Below are positions 15,869-24,530 of a DNA stretch of 32,000 nucleotides, in pieces. The notes beneath the pieces are model-generated. The model was not told the origin of the DNA. It was given only the letters and a program-made list of their open reading frames with translations, and searched no databases. Both the position numbers and the translations under genes were made by a program. The DNA lies in NCBI RefSeq assembly GCF_003044035.1, contig NZ_NVQC01000015.1, positions 60,001-92,000 of the forward strand. The letters are read 5' to 3'. How positions within the stretch are numbered: position 1 is the stretch's first letter; each line of letters starts with the position of its first letter. This DNA is from Candidatus Methylomirabilis limnetica. Lineage in GTDB: Bacteria; Methylomirabilota; Methylomirabilia; Methylomirabilales; Methylomirabilaceae.

Positions 15869-15895
15869 ACTATATACTTGAATTGGCAGCGTCAA
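15869..15895 (-). promoter_or_regulatory. Candidate promoter for the HIT-DUF151 pair
   Basis: On the minus strand: TTGACG (15895-15890), a 15-nt spacer, then TATAGT (15874-15869), about 40 nt upstream of the HIT ATG. The spacer is short. Confidence 0.25.
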
Positions 15896-16220
15896 ACTAG
15901 GATAAATCTACCATTCGATCCTTACTGCCGCAAGCCCTTTTTACGGTATTGCCGTCATGGTAGATAATCACATTCGTGAGGTCGAGTAAGTTAAGAGCTT
16001 CATTGACAGTTTTACAGCGATGTTCAGTCTGAGCGTGTCAAGGGGCGACCCTTGCCACGGCGTTCTGTTCATGCTTCGGCGGGCTCATCACGATCGGTAG
16101 GTGTGAGCTGCTGCCGTTGGCTGGTCGCAAAAGGAGCGTACCCTCACAGGGCTCATTGCCGCAGAGGCAACCTACGCGTGCCCTTGACGGGCGCGCAGCA
16201 GGCTCTTTCAGGACTAGAGA

Positions 16221-16502
16221 CTAGCTGTCGATGAGCCGCCTCAATTCCTTGCCCGGTTTAAAGAAGGGGATTCGCTTTGGTGAAACGTGAACCGATTGGC
16301 CGCTTTGCGGATTACGGCCTTGCCGTGCGAGACGTTGCCTGGTGCGGAAGCTCCCGAAGCCACGAAGCTCCACTTTCCCGTCATCCTTCGAGGCCAGCGC
16401 CTTCGAGATGCTCTCGAGGATAGTATCAACTACAACTTCGGTATCTTTTTTAGTTAGACGCACTTGGGCAGCAACCAATTCTACCAAGTCGGCCTTTGTC
16501 AT
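16221..16502 (-). CDS. ihfB: Integration host factor beta subunit / HU-family DNA-binding protein
   Basis: MTKADLVELVA..., RGFGSF, GRNPQSG, FKPGKELR. AAGGAG lies 9 nt upstream of the ATG at 16502. Its position downstream of rpsA mirrors cmk-rpsA-ihfB in E. coli. The track ORF extends to 16526. Confidence 0.88.
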   Translation of the reverse strand: MTKADLVELVAAQVRLTKKDTEVVVDTILESISKALASKDDGKVELRGFGSFRTRQRLARQGRNPQSGQSVHVSPKRIPFFKPGKELRRLIDS

Positions 16503-16563
16503 CGCTGGAAACTCCTTCATATTCACGAACTGTATCGATCCCGCACAAGTTCGTGCGGTTTAA

Positions 16564-17433
16564 TCACCCAAGAAGATAATTTACAGAGAGGGTTAAGGGT
16601 GAATGAATTGGCAGATTGATGTCAAGCGGACTCAGACCGCGAACCAGATCGAGGAGGAATGGTCGCCGCTTTCGCTCCTGGATCACTGTCGGTTTTCCGC
16701 GGATTCCAGCCAGAGTACCTGCCTGGTCAATAGCGTCCTGAAGATTGCCCAGTTGGTCCACCAATCCAAGTGACTGTGCCTCTCTTCCACTGAAAATCCG
16801 CCCGTCGGCTATTGCTTCAACCTTTTTACGATCTATTTTTCTGCCCTCGGCCACCACGTCGATAAACTGGTTGTGTACATCGTCAAGCATCGATTGAAGG
16901 ATCCGGCGCTCAGAATCTGTCATCTCGCGGGTAGGAGAAGCGAGGTCCTTATGCTGACCGCTCTTAACGACCACTGACTTCACTCCGATCTTTTGCAAGA
17001 GACCAGATATATTCGGAACTTGGAGCAGCACCCCTATGCTTCCAGTGATAGATCCGGGATTAGCCACAATGAGATCCGTTGCGCTCGCTATGTAGTACCC
17101 ACCTGAAGCTGCAAGGCTTCCCACGGATGTGACTATAGGTATCTTGTTGACCCGGCGACTCTTGAGAATTTCTTCATGGATCTCCTGAGAAGGCGCCACA
17201 CCGCCCCCTGGACTGTTGATCCTGATGACGATGGCCTTGACGGATGGGTTCATTCGGTATTTTTCGAGCTGCTCGATAACCTCCCTTGAATCCAGGATGG
17301 CCCCTTCGACCGTGATCAGCGCGACCTTGCTTCCGCCCAACTGCTCCCATCTGCCAAGTGAGAAGGCCAGGCTGAACAGGACCAGCAAGCTCACGAACAC
17401 TGCCAGGCTGACGATCAACCAAGTTCGCTTCAT
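16564..17433 (-). CDS. sppA: Signal peptide peptidase SppA, 36K type (S49)
   Basis: N-terminal TM segment, RINSPGG, GSLAASGGYY (catalytic Ser region), and a typical length of 289 aa. Confidence 0.92.
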   Translation of the reverse strand: MKRTWLIVSLAVFVSLLVLFSLAFSLGRWEQLGGSKVALITVEGAILDSREVIEQLEKYRMNPSVKAIVIRINSPGGGVAPSQEIHEEILKSRRVNKIPIVTSVGSLAASGGYYIASATDLIVANPGSITGSIGVLLQVPNISGLLQKIGVKSVVVKSGQHKDLASPTREMTDSERRILQSMLDDVHNQFIDVVAEGRKIDRKKVEAIADGRIFSGREAQSLGLVDQLGNLQDAIDQAGTLAGIRGKPTVIQERKRRPFLLDLVRGLSPLDINLPIHSPLTLSVNYLLG

Positions 17434-17447
17434 CGCCCCGCTCTCCT

Positions 17448-19184
17448 CTACGAGGCTTCGAGTTCCTCCCCCTGGGGATCGGATGGGTGCTGATCTGGGG
17501 GGGCCTGGTCAGTAGTCTTGTTGGTGGCGTTCTGGCTATCAAGATAGGCGCGAAGGCTCAGTCCAAGCTTACGCTCGTTAGCGTCCAACTTGATGATCTT
17601 GAGCGAGAACTCCTGGTCGATGGAAACCACATCCTCGGGCTTAGCTACTCGTTCATGGCTCAGTTCGGAGATATGGAGAAGCCCTTCCACACCGTCTTCC
17701 AATTCGACGAAGGCCCCAAAATCGGTCAGACGGACCACCTTGGCTTTCACGTCCATGCCTACCTGGTACTTATCGAGGACGGTAGATTGCCATGGGTCGG
17801 GCTGGCTTTGCTTCAGGCCGAGGGAGATTCGACGATTCGTTTTATCGGTGTGCAAGACAACCGCCTCAACTTTGTCTCCTCGCTTTAAGATCTCAGAGGG
17901 GTGTCGGACCCGCTTGGTCCAGGACATATCGGACACATGAATCAGTCCGTCTATCCCCTCGTCCAACTCAACGAACGCGCCGAAGTCGGTAAGGTTCCTG
18001 ACGGTCCCTTCGACGCGCATCCCCACCGGGTAGCTTTCCTCGATCGACAGCCATGGGTTGGGTTCGATCTGGCGAAGCCCTAATGAGATCCGCTTATTGA
18101 CCTTGTCGACATCCAAGACCATAATCTCTATAGAGTCCCCGACTGAGACGATCTTAGAGGGGTGTTTCACCCGCTGGGTCCAAGACATTTCAGAGATATG
18201 AACCAGCCCCTCGATCCCCTCAGCGAGCTCAACGAAGGCGCCGTAGTCGGTCAGACTCACTACTTTGCCGCGAATACGGGAGCTGATAGGAAACCGCTGA
18301 TCGACATCCTCCCACGGGTCCTTCAAGCGCTGCTTGTGGCCAAGGGACACGCGTTCCGCTACCCGGTCGAACTTAAGGACCACGACCTCGATCTCATCAC
18401 CGACGGTGAAGAGCTCGGAAGGATGACCGACGCGGCCCCAGGACATATCGGTGATATGAAGCAACCCGTCCAGTCCGCCGAGGTCAATGAACGCGCCGTA
18501 CTCAGTAATGTTCTTGACCTTACCTCGGATGATTTTTCCCTCTTCCAGCGATTGCAGGGTCTTATCCTTGAGCCCTCGCCGCTCCTCCTCGAGTAACTCC
18601 CGTCGGGACAACACGATATTGCCTCGACGCTGATTTAATTTTATCACTTTCATCGGGAAGCTCTTCCCGATCAATCTATCGAGGTCGCGGACAGGTCGGA
18701 GATCAACCTGGGAGCCCGGGAGAAAGGCCCTCACGCCAATATCTACCGTCAAACCACCTTTTGTGCGGCCCAAGATCATTCCGCTAATCGCTTCTCCCTG
18801 CTCATAGGCCAGACGAATATCATCCCAGACCTTGGTCTTTTCCGCTTTCTCTCTCGAGAGGACAATGAGGCCATCGTTATCCTCTTTCTGCTCCAAGTAG
18901 ACATCGACAACATCCCCAACCTTAACCGTAAGTTCTCCAGAGGGAGACAGGAACTCCTTGATTGGTACGGCCCCTTCAGACTTATAGCCGATATCGATCA
19001 GGACCATTTCGTTCCTGATCTCCAGCACAGTCCCCTTGACGATCTCTCCCTCAGCGATTTCCTGCAGGCTCTGGGCATACAGGTCAGCCATCTCTTGGGA
19101 GTGCTCTTGGTCGTGAAGCTCGCGATCGAGCTCGTCCGTTGATGTGTACATAGCCTCCTCCAACTTGCCCGTCTCAGACATCAT
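17448..19184 (-). CDS. rpsA: 30S ribosomal protein S1
   Basis: 578 aa with six S1 repeats (for example GTVRNLTDFGAFVELDEGIDGLIHVSDMSW). Confidence 0.96.
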   Translation of the reverse strand: MMSETGKLEEAMYTSTDELDRELHDQEHSQEMADLYAQSLQEIAEGEIVKGTVLEIRNEMVLIDIGYKSEGAVPIKEFLSPSGELTVKVGDVVDVYLEQKEDNDGLIVLSREKAEKTKVWDDIRLAYEQGEAISGMILGRTKGGLTVDIGVRAFLPGSQVDLRPVRDLDRLIGKSFPMKVIKLNQRRGNIVLSRRELLEEERRGLKDKTLQSLEEGKIIRGKVKNITEYGAFIDLGGLDGLLHITDMSWGRVGHPSELFTVGDEIEVVVLKFDRVAERVSLGHKQRLKDPWEDVDQRFPISSRIRGKVVSLTDYGAFVELAEGIEGLVHISEMSWTQRVKHPSKIVSVGDSIEIMVLDVDKVNKRISLGLRQIEPNPWLSIEESYPVGMRVEGTVRNLTDFGAFVELDEGIDGLIHVSDMSWTKRVRHPSEILKRGDKVEAVVLHTDKTNRRISLGLKQSQPDPWQSTVLDKYQVGMDVKAKVVRLTDFGAFVELEDGVEGLLHISELSHERVAKPEDVVSIDQEFSLKIIKLDANERKLGLSLRAYLDSQNATNKTTDQAPPDQHPSDPQGEELEAS

Positions 19185-19269
19185 ACCCCTTTGTTCCTCT
19201 CTTTGATGAGGTGCTTATCCTTCCCACATTTACTCATTGATCCCTCGCTTCTTTGTCGGTATAGCGTCT

Positions 19270-19291
19270 CCTATAGCGCAAGCGCAATAGG
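19270..19291. other. Near-perfect palindrome CCTATAGCGC-AA-GCGCAATAGG between plsC and rpsA
   Basis: 9/10 arm match, beginning 5 nt after the plsC stop. No U-run follows. Confidence 0.3.
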
Positions 19292-19295
19292 CTGC

Positions 19296-19970
19296 TCATT
19301 GAGAACCACTCGCTGGTCGGGTCTTAAGAGCGGCGATATTTTCCATAATGGTCTGGCTGAACAGCTCGGCATGGTCTTGTCTTTTCCCCATTTGTCCCTC
19401 GCCAAACCGTAATGGCGGCCCGAACTTTATAACGATTCGATACGGCCTGGGAAACCATGCGCCCTTGGGGAGTACCTTCCCCGTTCCCTGATGCAACACC
19501 GGAACCACTGGTGCGCCCGTTCGCGCCGCAATCAGTCCAATCCCAGGTTTGGCAGGCCGTAACTCAATTCCATCTCCGCGCGTCCCTTCAGGAAATATGG
19601 CAATGACTTCGCCTGCTTCCAAAATGGAGGCCGCCTGCTTAAAGGCCTGCAGGTTGATTCGGGTCCGATTGATTGGAAACGTACCGAACTGCCGAAGCAG
19701 CCAACCCAATAGGGGGAAACGAAACAGTTCCTTCTTAGCCATGAAACGGACCGGGCGCCGAACCGAGACCATGATGACGATGGGATCTATAAAGCTTACG
19801 TGATTCGCCGCCAGGATCGTTGGTCCAGTGCGGGGAATAAACTCCTCCCCCTCGATATGGAGGCGAAAGACGACCCTTGCGATCCCGAGGCATAAAAAGC
19901 GACTCGTGATAGATACGGCACGAGCGATCGCCTTTTCAAGAGAAAGGCCCCGGAAAAAGGCATTCCACAT
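19296..19970 (-). CDS. plsC: 1-acyl-sn-glycerol-3-phosphate acyltransferase
   Basis: Acyltransferase motifs NHVSFIDP (HX4D) and FPEGTRG. Confidence 0.9.
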   Translation of the reverse strand: MWNAFFRGLSLEKAIARAVSITSRFLCLGIARVVFRLHIEGEEFIPRTGPTILAANHVSFIDPIVIMVSVRRPVRFMAKKELFRFPLLGWLLRQFGTFPINRTRINLQAFKQAASILEAGEVIAIFPEGTRGDGIELRPAKPGIGLIAARTGAPVVPVLHQGTGKVLPKGAWFPRPYRIVIKFGPPLRFGEGQMGKRQDHAELFSQTIMENIAALKTRPASGSQ

Positions 19971-20030
19971 GGTATAGGATTACCTCCCGCAAAGGCAAGA
20001 ACAAATTCAGCTCACTCACATGAAGGCTTT

Positions 20031-20705
20031 TCAGCTAGCCGCCTTCCGTCTGATTTCCTCTTCCATCGCATCAATAACCTCGGAGGCTCGCAGGTCACTA
20101 GTATCGATAGTCACAGCCTCGTCGGCCTTTCGCAGTGGCGAGGCGTGTCGGCCCATATCCCTTGCATCTCGCGCCGTAATCTCCTCTACAAGTTCCTCCA
20201 CCCCTCTGGTATTATCTACCGCCTGCAACTCAAGGTGCCGGCGGTTCGCCCGCACCTCTAAACGAGCCGTAAGATAGAATTTTACATCAGCGTCCGGGAA
20301 GACGACCGTACCAATATCACGCCCGTCCATCACGATACCTCCATGCACGGCCATTCGTCGCTGGTGCGCCACCATCACACAACGAACATCCGGGTGGGTA
20401 GAGATTCTCGAAGACGCCTGTTCCACCTCGCGCTTCCTGATATGCCCGCTAACATCCTCACCATCAACAAGGATCCGCTCGCGATCGCCGACAGATTCGA
20501 GAGCGATACAGGTTTCATCGACAAGCCGCCGTAGGCATTGCTCATCATCCAGATCGAGGCCCGCCTGCAGCGCCTTCCACGCCAGAGCACGATACATGGC
20601 CCCGCTGTCGATATAACGGTACCCTAGCCGCTTGGCCAGCAGGCGCGCCGCCGTGCTTTTTCCTGCTCCCACGGGCCCGTCAACCGCGATAATGAAACCG
20701 TCCAT
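20031..20705 (-). CDS. cmk: Cytidylate kinase
   Basis: IIAVDGPVGAGKST P-loop, YIDSGAMYRA. The start is set at the ATG 20705, with GAAGGA directly upstream and 8 nt after the aroA stop. The 89-codon upstream extension in the track overlaps aroA and is rejected. Confidence 0.93.
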   Translation of the reverse strand: MDGFIIAVDGPVGAGKSTAARLLAKRLGYRYIDSGAMYRALAWKALQAGLDLDDEQCLRRLVDETCIALESVGDRERILVDGEDVSGHIRKREVEQASSRISTHPDVRCVMVAHQRRMAVHGGIVMDGRDIGTVVFPDADVKFYLTARLEVRANRRHLELQAVDNTRGVEELVEEITARDARDMGRHASPLRKADEAVTIDTSDLRASEVIDAMEEEIRRKAAS

Positions 20706-20713
20706 AGTCCTTC

Positions 20714-22078
20714 TCAACTGGTCCCCAACGCCAGGTTGCTTGTGCGCCCAACATCTGCATACGGAATGGCTGCCCCGGGCAGGATGGCGTCCAATCGTGT
20801 CCAGAAATCCGGAAACGAGCTGCTGACACAAGATGAATCGGAGATGGTGGTGCTCCCTCTTGCCGCCAGGCCCGCCACAGCCACGGCCATTGCCATCCGG
20901 TGATCTCCCCAACTGTCGCAGTGACATCCGGAGAGCGACGCGCCGCCGTGGATCACTAAGCCATCGGGGCATTCCTCGATCTGTACACCGAATCGACGAA
21001 GCTCTTTGACAAGAGCGGCGAGCCGGTCTACCTCCTTGACCCGAAGTTCGGCTGCATTCCGTATAATAGTGGAACCATCGGCGAGCGCCGCAGCCACAGC
21101 AAACACCGGGATCTCGTCGAGCATCCGGGGGATCAGGGCGCCGGCTACCTCGGTCCCGTGTAGCGCTTGACTCCTGACATGAAGGTCGGCAACCGGCTCA
21201 CCGGAGATGATACGCCGGCAGCTTACCTCAATCACCCCACCCATCGACCGTAGCGCATCCAACAGGCCGGTTCGGGTCGGATTGATGCCCACCTGTCGCA
21301 ATGTCAACTCTGACCCTGGAATCACCATGGCCGCGACAATAAAGAAAGCCGCCGCTGAAAAATCACCCGGAATATCGACCTGAAACGACGGGATCTTCTT
21401 AATGCTCTCTACTCGGAGACTCAAGCCGTTGCGGTGGATGGGTATGCCGAGCGCTTCGAACATCCGCTCCGTATGATCGCGAGAGAGGGATGGCTCAGTG
21501 ACTGTCGTCTCCCCTTCGGTGAAGAGCCCGGCCAGCAGGATCGCGGATTTGACCTGGGCGCTGGCGATTGGGCTGACATAGTCGATCGCCTTCAGGTGTG
21601 TTCCCATGATGGCGAGGGGAGGGAAGTTGCCGCCCTCACGACCCAGGATAGTTGCCCCCATCGACCTCAGGGGCGTGGCAACCCTGGCCATCGGCCGTGC
21701 GCGCAGATACTGGTCGCCCGTAAGCACGGAAAAGAATGGCTGTGCCGCCAGCACGCCCGCCAGGAGCCTCATGGTTGTTCCGGAATTCCCGACGTCCAGG
21801 ATCTTGTCCGGTTCCTTAAGGCCGTGCAGCCCGCATCCTTGAATCCGTAGTCGGTCGCCGCCTAACTCTTCAACCGTTGCACCCATTGTGCCCATGGCCT
21901 TGGCGGTGTGACGACAGTCATCACTTCTAAGCGCGCCGGTAATCTCGGTGACTCCATCAGCTAACGACCCCAAGATGATCGCACGATGGGTGATCGACTT
22001 ATCGCCTGGAAGGGTCAGTTCACCCTTCAGCGAGCCGATAGGGTTGACCAGCATCCGCCCTATACCAGTCTTGACCAT
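20714..22078 (-). CDS. aroA: 3-phosphoshikimate 1-carboxyvinyltransferase (EPSP synthase)
   Basis: LPGDKSITHRA, GNSGTTMRLL, and a full-length two-domain protein. The start is ambiguous between ATG 22078 (19-nt overlap with miaA) and ATG 22054. Confidence 0.92.
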   Translation of the reverse strand: MVKTGIGRMLVNPIGSLKGELTLPGDKSITHRAIILGSLADGVTEITGALRSDDCRHTAKAMGTMGATVEELGGDRLRIQGCGLHGLKEPDKILDVGNSGTTMRLLAGVLAAQPFFSVLTGDQYLRARPMARVATPLRSMGATILGREGGNFPPLAIMGTHLKAIDYVSPIASAQVKSAILLAGLFTEGETTVTEPSLSRDHTERMFEALGIPIHRNGLSLRVESIKKIPSFQVDIPGDFSAAAFFIVAAMVIPGSELTLRQVGINPTRTGLLDALRSMGGVIEVSCRRIISGEPVADLHVRSQALHGTEVAGALIPRMLDEIPVFAVAAALADGSTIIRNAAELRVKEVDRLAALVKELRRFGVQIEECPDGLVIHGGASLSGCHCDSWGDHRMAMAVAVAGLAARGSTTISDSSCVSSSFPDFWTRLDAILPGAAIPYADVGRTSNLALGTS

Positions 22079-23013
22079 GCCGTCTCGATTCGCTCTACGA
22101 GCAAGCGAAGCACGTGCTCGTTCATCGCCGATCCTTCTACAGAAAGCCACTCGATCTCGTCTTCGTGACGGAACCAGGTGAGCTGACGTTTGGCATACCG
22201 TCGCGTATCACGCTTGAGAGACGCGACCGCGTCATTAATGCTAATGTGCTCTTTCAGGTGCCCGATCATATGACGGTACCCGATGGCTCGTAGAGGCCGC
22301 AGTACGGGGCTGTAGCCCCGATCGAGCAGACCCTGGACCTCACGCACCAATCCCTGGGCCATCATCGCCTCTACCCTCGCCTCAATCCGCTGATACAGCT
22401 CCTGACGATTCCGCTCAAGTCCGAACTGCAGTACGGGCCCCAGGATCGGTTTGTGGTTACGACGCGCCTCTGCCCGGAGCGTAGAGATGGGACGTCCGCT
22501 TACGGCTGCCACCTCAAGCGCCCGCACGATCCGAAAGAGGTCGTTGGGATGGATTGCCGCAGCCGCCTCTGGGTCGCTGGTCTCGAGCCGCTGGTGAAGG
22601 GTCGCGCTACCTATCCGTTCGGCCTCCTGGTACAGTGTCTCTCTGAGCGGGGTCATCTCCCATGGTCCACTAAACAGGCCACGGAAGAGCGCGCGGAGAT
22701 AGAGGCCGGTTCCTCCTACCAGGATCGGGAGACGTCCACGAGCGCGGATATCGGCAATGGCAGCAGAAGCCAGCCTCGCATAATCGGCCGCCGTGAAGGA
22801 TTGGTTGGGCTCTACAAGGTCCAGGAGGTGGTGCGGCACGCGCCTTCGCTCGTCAGCGCTTGGCTTCGCTGTCCCGATGTCTAGACCGCGGTAGACCTGC
22901 ATCGAGTCGGCCGCGATGATCTCGCCCCCCACCCTCTCCGCCACGGCGAGAGCCATGGAAGACTTCCCGACTGCAGTCGGACCCGCGAGCACAATGAGCG
23001 GCACAGAACTCAA
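22060..23013 (-). CDS. miaA: tRNA dimethylallyltransferase
   Basis: LIVLAGPTAVGKS P-loop, DSMQVYRGLDIGTAKP, HHLLD. TTG start with AGGAGG 10 nt upstream. Confidence 0.93.
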   Translation of the reverse strand: MSSVPLIVLAGPTAVGKSSMALAVAERVGGEIIAADSMQVYRGLDIGTAKPSADERRRVPHHLLDLVEPNQSFTAADYARLASAAIADIRARGRLPILVGGTGLYLRALFRGLFSGPWEMTPLRETLYQEAERIGSATLHQRLETSDPEAAAAIHPNDLFRIVRALEVAAVSGRPISTLRAEARRNHKPILGPVLQFGLERNRQELYQRIEARVEAMMAQGLVREVQGLLDRGYSPVLRPLRAIGYRHMIGHLKEHISINDAVASLKRDTRRYAKRQLTWFRHEDEIEWLSVEGSAMNEHVLRLLVERIETAWSRLV

Positions 23014-23036
23014 GAGATTGCTGCCTCCTTTTTACC

Positions 23037-23245
23037 CCTAACAGCCTTGTAACTACTCAGGTAGATAGGCTGAAGGCTGAAGGCTTTTAGGGGTAAGTCA
23101 TGCGTGATCAGACAAAACTCCGAAAAGGTCTTGAATAGCTCGATTCGTGCCTTGCGAGATAATTTAGAACCTTCAGTCTTCAGCCTTCAGTCTAAACGCC
23201 TGATTAGTTACAAAGCCTTCAGCCTTCAGCCTATTTACCTGTTAC
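23037..23245. mobile_element. Composite, apparently nested MITE-like element, copy B, built around GGCTGAA/CCTTCAG heptads
   Basis: 163-bp unit 23049-23211 with a 12/13 TIR. An extra right-end copy at 23212-23245 is the inverted match of 23049-23087 (33/34 plus a 5-nt indel). AGCCTT flanks both sides. Confidence 0.5.
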
Positions 23246-24114
23246 CCGGACAGCTTTAATGCCTGCAGGATCTGGAAGGTGGCTTCAGATTTATTGAGGA
23301 GGTAAAAGTGCAGGCCGGGGATACCTGCGTCAAGTAGTTCTCGACATTGCTGGATGGCGTATCGTACCCCCACGCCGATCTGTCCATCAGGATCATCTCG
23401 ATGCGCCTCCAGCTCGGTAAGAAATGAGGCCGGCATCTTGGCCCCACACATGGATGTAATACGCTGAACCTGGCCCAAGTTGAGGACCGGCAGGATACCT
23501 GGAATGAGAGGCACTGCAATTCCGGCCTCTTCGTAACGCCTGCGAAAGTCGAAGAAATCGCGATTGTCATAAAAGAGCTGCGTGATGACGGCGTCGGCGC
23601 CCGCTTTCACCTTTCGCGCCAGGTTCGCCAAATCGACCGCAGGGCTTGGCGCCTCCTGATGCGTCTCGGGGTAGCCGGCGACAGCAATGCTAAAATGGCG
23701 AAACTCTTGCCGAATCAGCGTTACCAGTTCATTGGCATACGCCAACCCACCCTCTGGCTTTTCAAACTCTGCCTGCCCCTTTGGAGGATCGCCGCGCAAT
23801 GCGACGATGTTCTCAAGACCCAGATCGGCAGCCTCCTCCAACCAGCGCAGAATCTCCTCTATGGTCGATCCCACACAGGTCCGGTGAGCTGCTGTGGTCA
23901 CGCCAAATGTCTTGCTGATCCTGGCAGTCAGCTCCAGGGTATTTTCGCGAGTCGATCCTACGGCGCCATAGGTGCATGACACAAACGAGGGGCGGTACGC
24001 CATCAGGGCCTCGATGGCGGCGAACAACAGGATCTCCCCGGCCTCAGTCTTGGGGGGGAATATCTCGAAGGAAAGTCCAACCTTGCCTGTGCCGTACACG
24101 TCGACAATCTTCAT
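23242..24114 (-). CDS. metF: 5,10-methylenetetrahydrofolate reductase
   Basis: SFEIFPPKT, VSCTYGA, ALRGDPP, QLFYD motifs; 290 aa. Confidence 0.93.
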   Translation of the reverse strand: MKIVDVYGTGKVGLSFEIFPPKTEAGEILLFAAIEALMAYRPSFVSCTYGAVGSTRENTLELTARISKTFGVTTAAHRTCVGSTIEEILRWLEEAADLGLENIVALRGDPPKGQAEFEKPEGGLAYANELVTLIRQEFRHFSIAVAGYPETHQEAPSPAVDLANLARKVKAGADAVITQLFYDNRDFFDFRRRYEEAGIAVPLIPGILPVLNLGQVQRITSMCGAKMPASFLTELEAHRDDPDGQIGVGVRYAIQQCRELLDAGIPGLHFYLLNKSEATFQILQALKLSG

Positions 24115-24232
24115 TCGTCTCAGCCACTACTCCTATACCACTGTCTGCCTTCAAGCGCGTACGCGAGCAGAAGTCCAACAGCAGCCAACACCGTACAGGA
24201 GGGCCCTTGATTGCCATGGGACGCTATAGACA

Positions 24233-24269
24233 AAGGCCCTCGCCTCTGTCCGCCCATCTGCGAGGGCCT
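24233..24269 (-). terminator. Candidate terminator hairpin downstream of ilvC
   Basis: AGGCCCTC/GAGGGCCT 8-bp stem plus 2 more bp across a 1-nt bulge, with a 16-nt loop. On the minus strand it is followed by UUUGUCUAU. Confidence 0.35.
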
Positions 24270-24315
24270 ATTGTATCGCAGCCTATCGGTTGTTTGAATC
24301 TACTGGGGGTTCATT

Positions 24316-24332
24316 CCCCGCGGCTTGCCGCG
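24316..24332. repeat. CCCCGCGGCTTGCCGCG palindromic repeat, degenerate copy
   Basis: 17/17 identical to the left part of 24446-24465. The right arm is degenerate. Confidence 0.7.
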
Positions 24333-24336
24333 CGTT

Positions 24337-24425
24337 CGTCATACCGGCGGAAGCCGGTATCCAGAGGCCCAGACTGGATTCCCCCGTATCAAGTCCGGGG
24401 CAGGCTTGTCAAGCACGGAATGACG
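24337..24425. repeat. 89-nt multi-hairpin repeat module closed by CGTCAT/ATGACG
   Basis: Closing 6-bp stem (24337-24342 / 24420-24425). It encloses ATACCGGC-GGAA-GCCGGTAT (24341-24360), TCCAG..CTGGA (24360-24378) and CCCCG..CGGGG (24382-24400). In one frame it translates to AGIQ...ARNDG-type peptide strings, which from memory are a common artefact of an interspersed repeat in environmental genomes. Confidence 0.6.
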
Positions 24426-24445
24426 GGCCAGAACAGAAGACGACA

Positions 24446-24465
24446 CCCCGCGGCTTGCCGCGGGG
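24446..24465. repeat. CCCCGCGGC-TT-GCCGCGGGG perfect palindrome
   Basis: 9-bp arms. Second copy of the 24316 repeat, 130 nt away. Confidence 0.75.
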
Positions 24466-24530
24466 TAGTTCATTAATGCGCTGACCTGAGCGTCGTGATC
24501 CGTATACCCTGGCTCCATTGAGACTGCTGC

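Noticed and set aside
20706-20972. 89-codon N-terminal extension of cmk, and similar extensions of ilvC (25536-25574), zapA (10179-10202), the MDR gene (5348-5380) and the coiled-coil gene (14246-14272)
   Set aside because: The extensions overlap the upstream gene or lack an SD. The internal ATGs have good SDs or ATGA overlaps and give canonical N-termini.
24316-24465. Possible CRISPR array (two identical palindromic repeats about 130 nt apart)
   Set aside because: There are only two copies and the spacing is not CRISPR-like. The intervening sequence is itself a structured repeat, and no cas genes are present.
23976-24476. 166-aa plus-strand ORF
   Set aside because: It starts antisense to metF and reads through the palindromic repeat modules, so it is a repeat-derived artefact.
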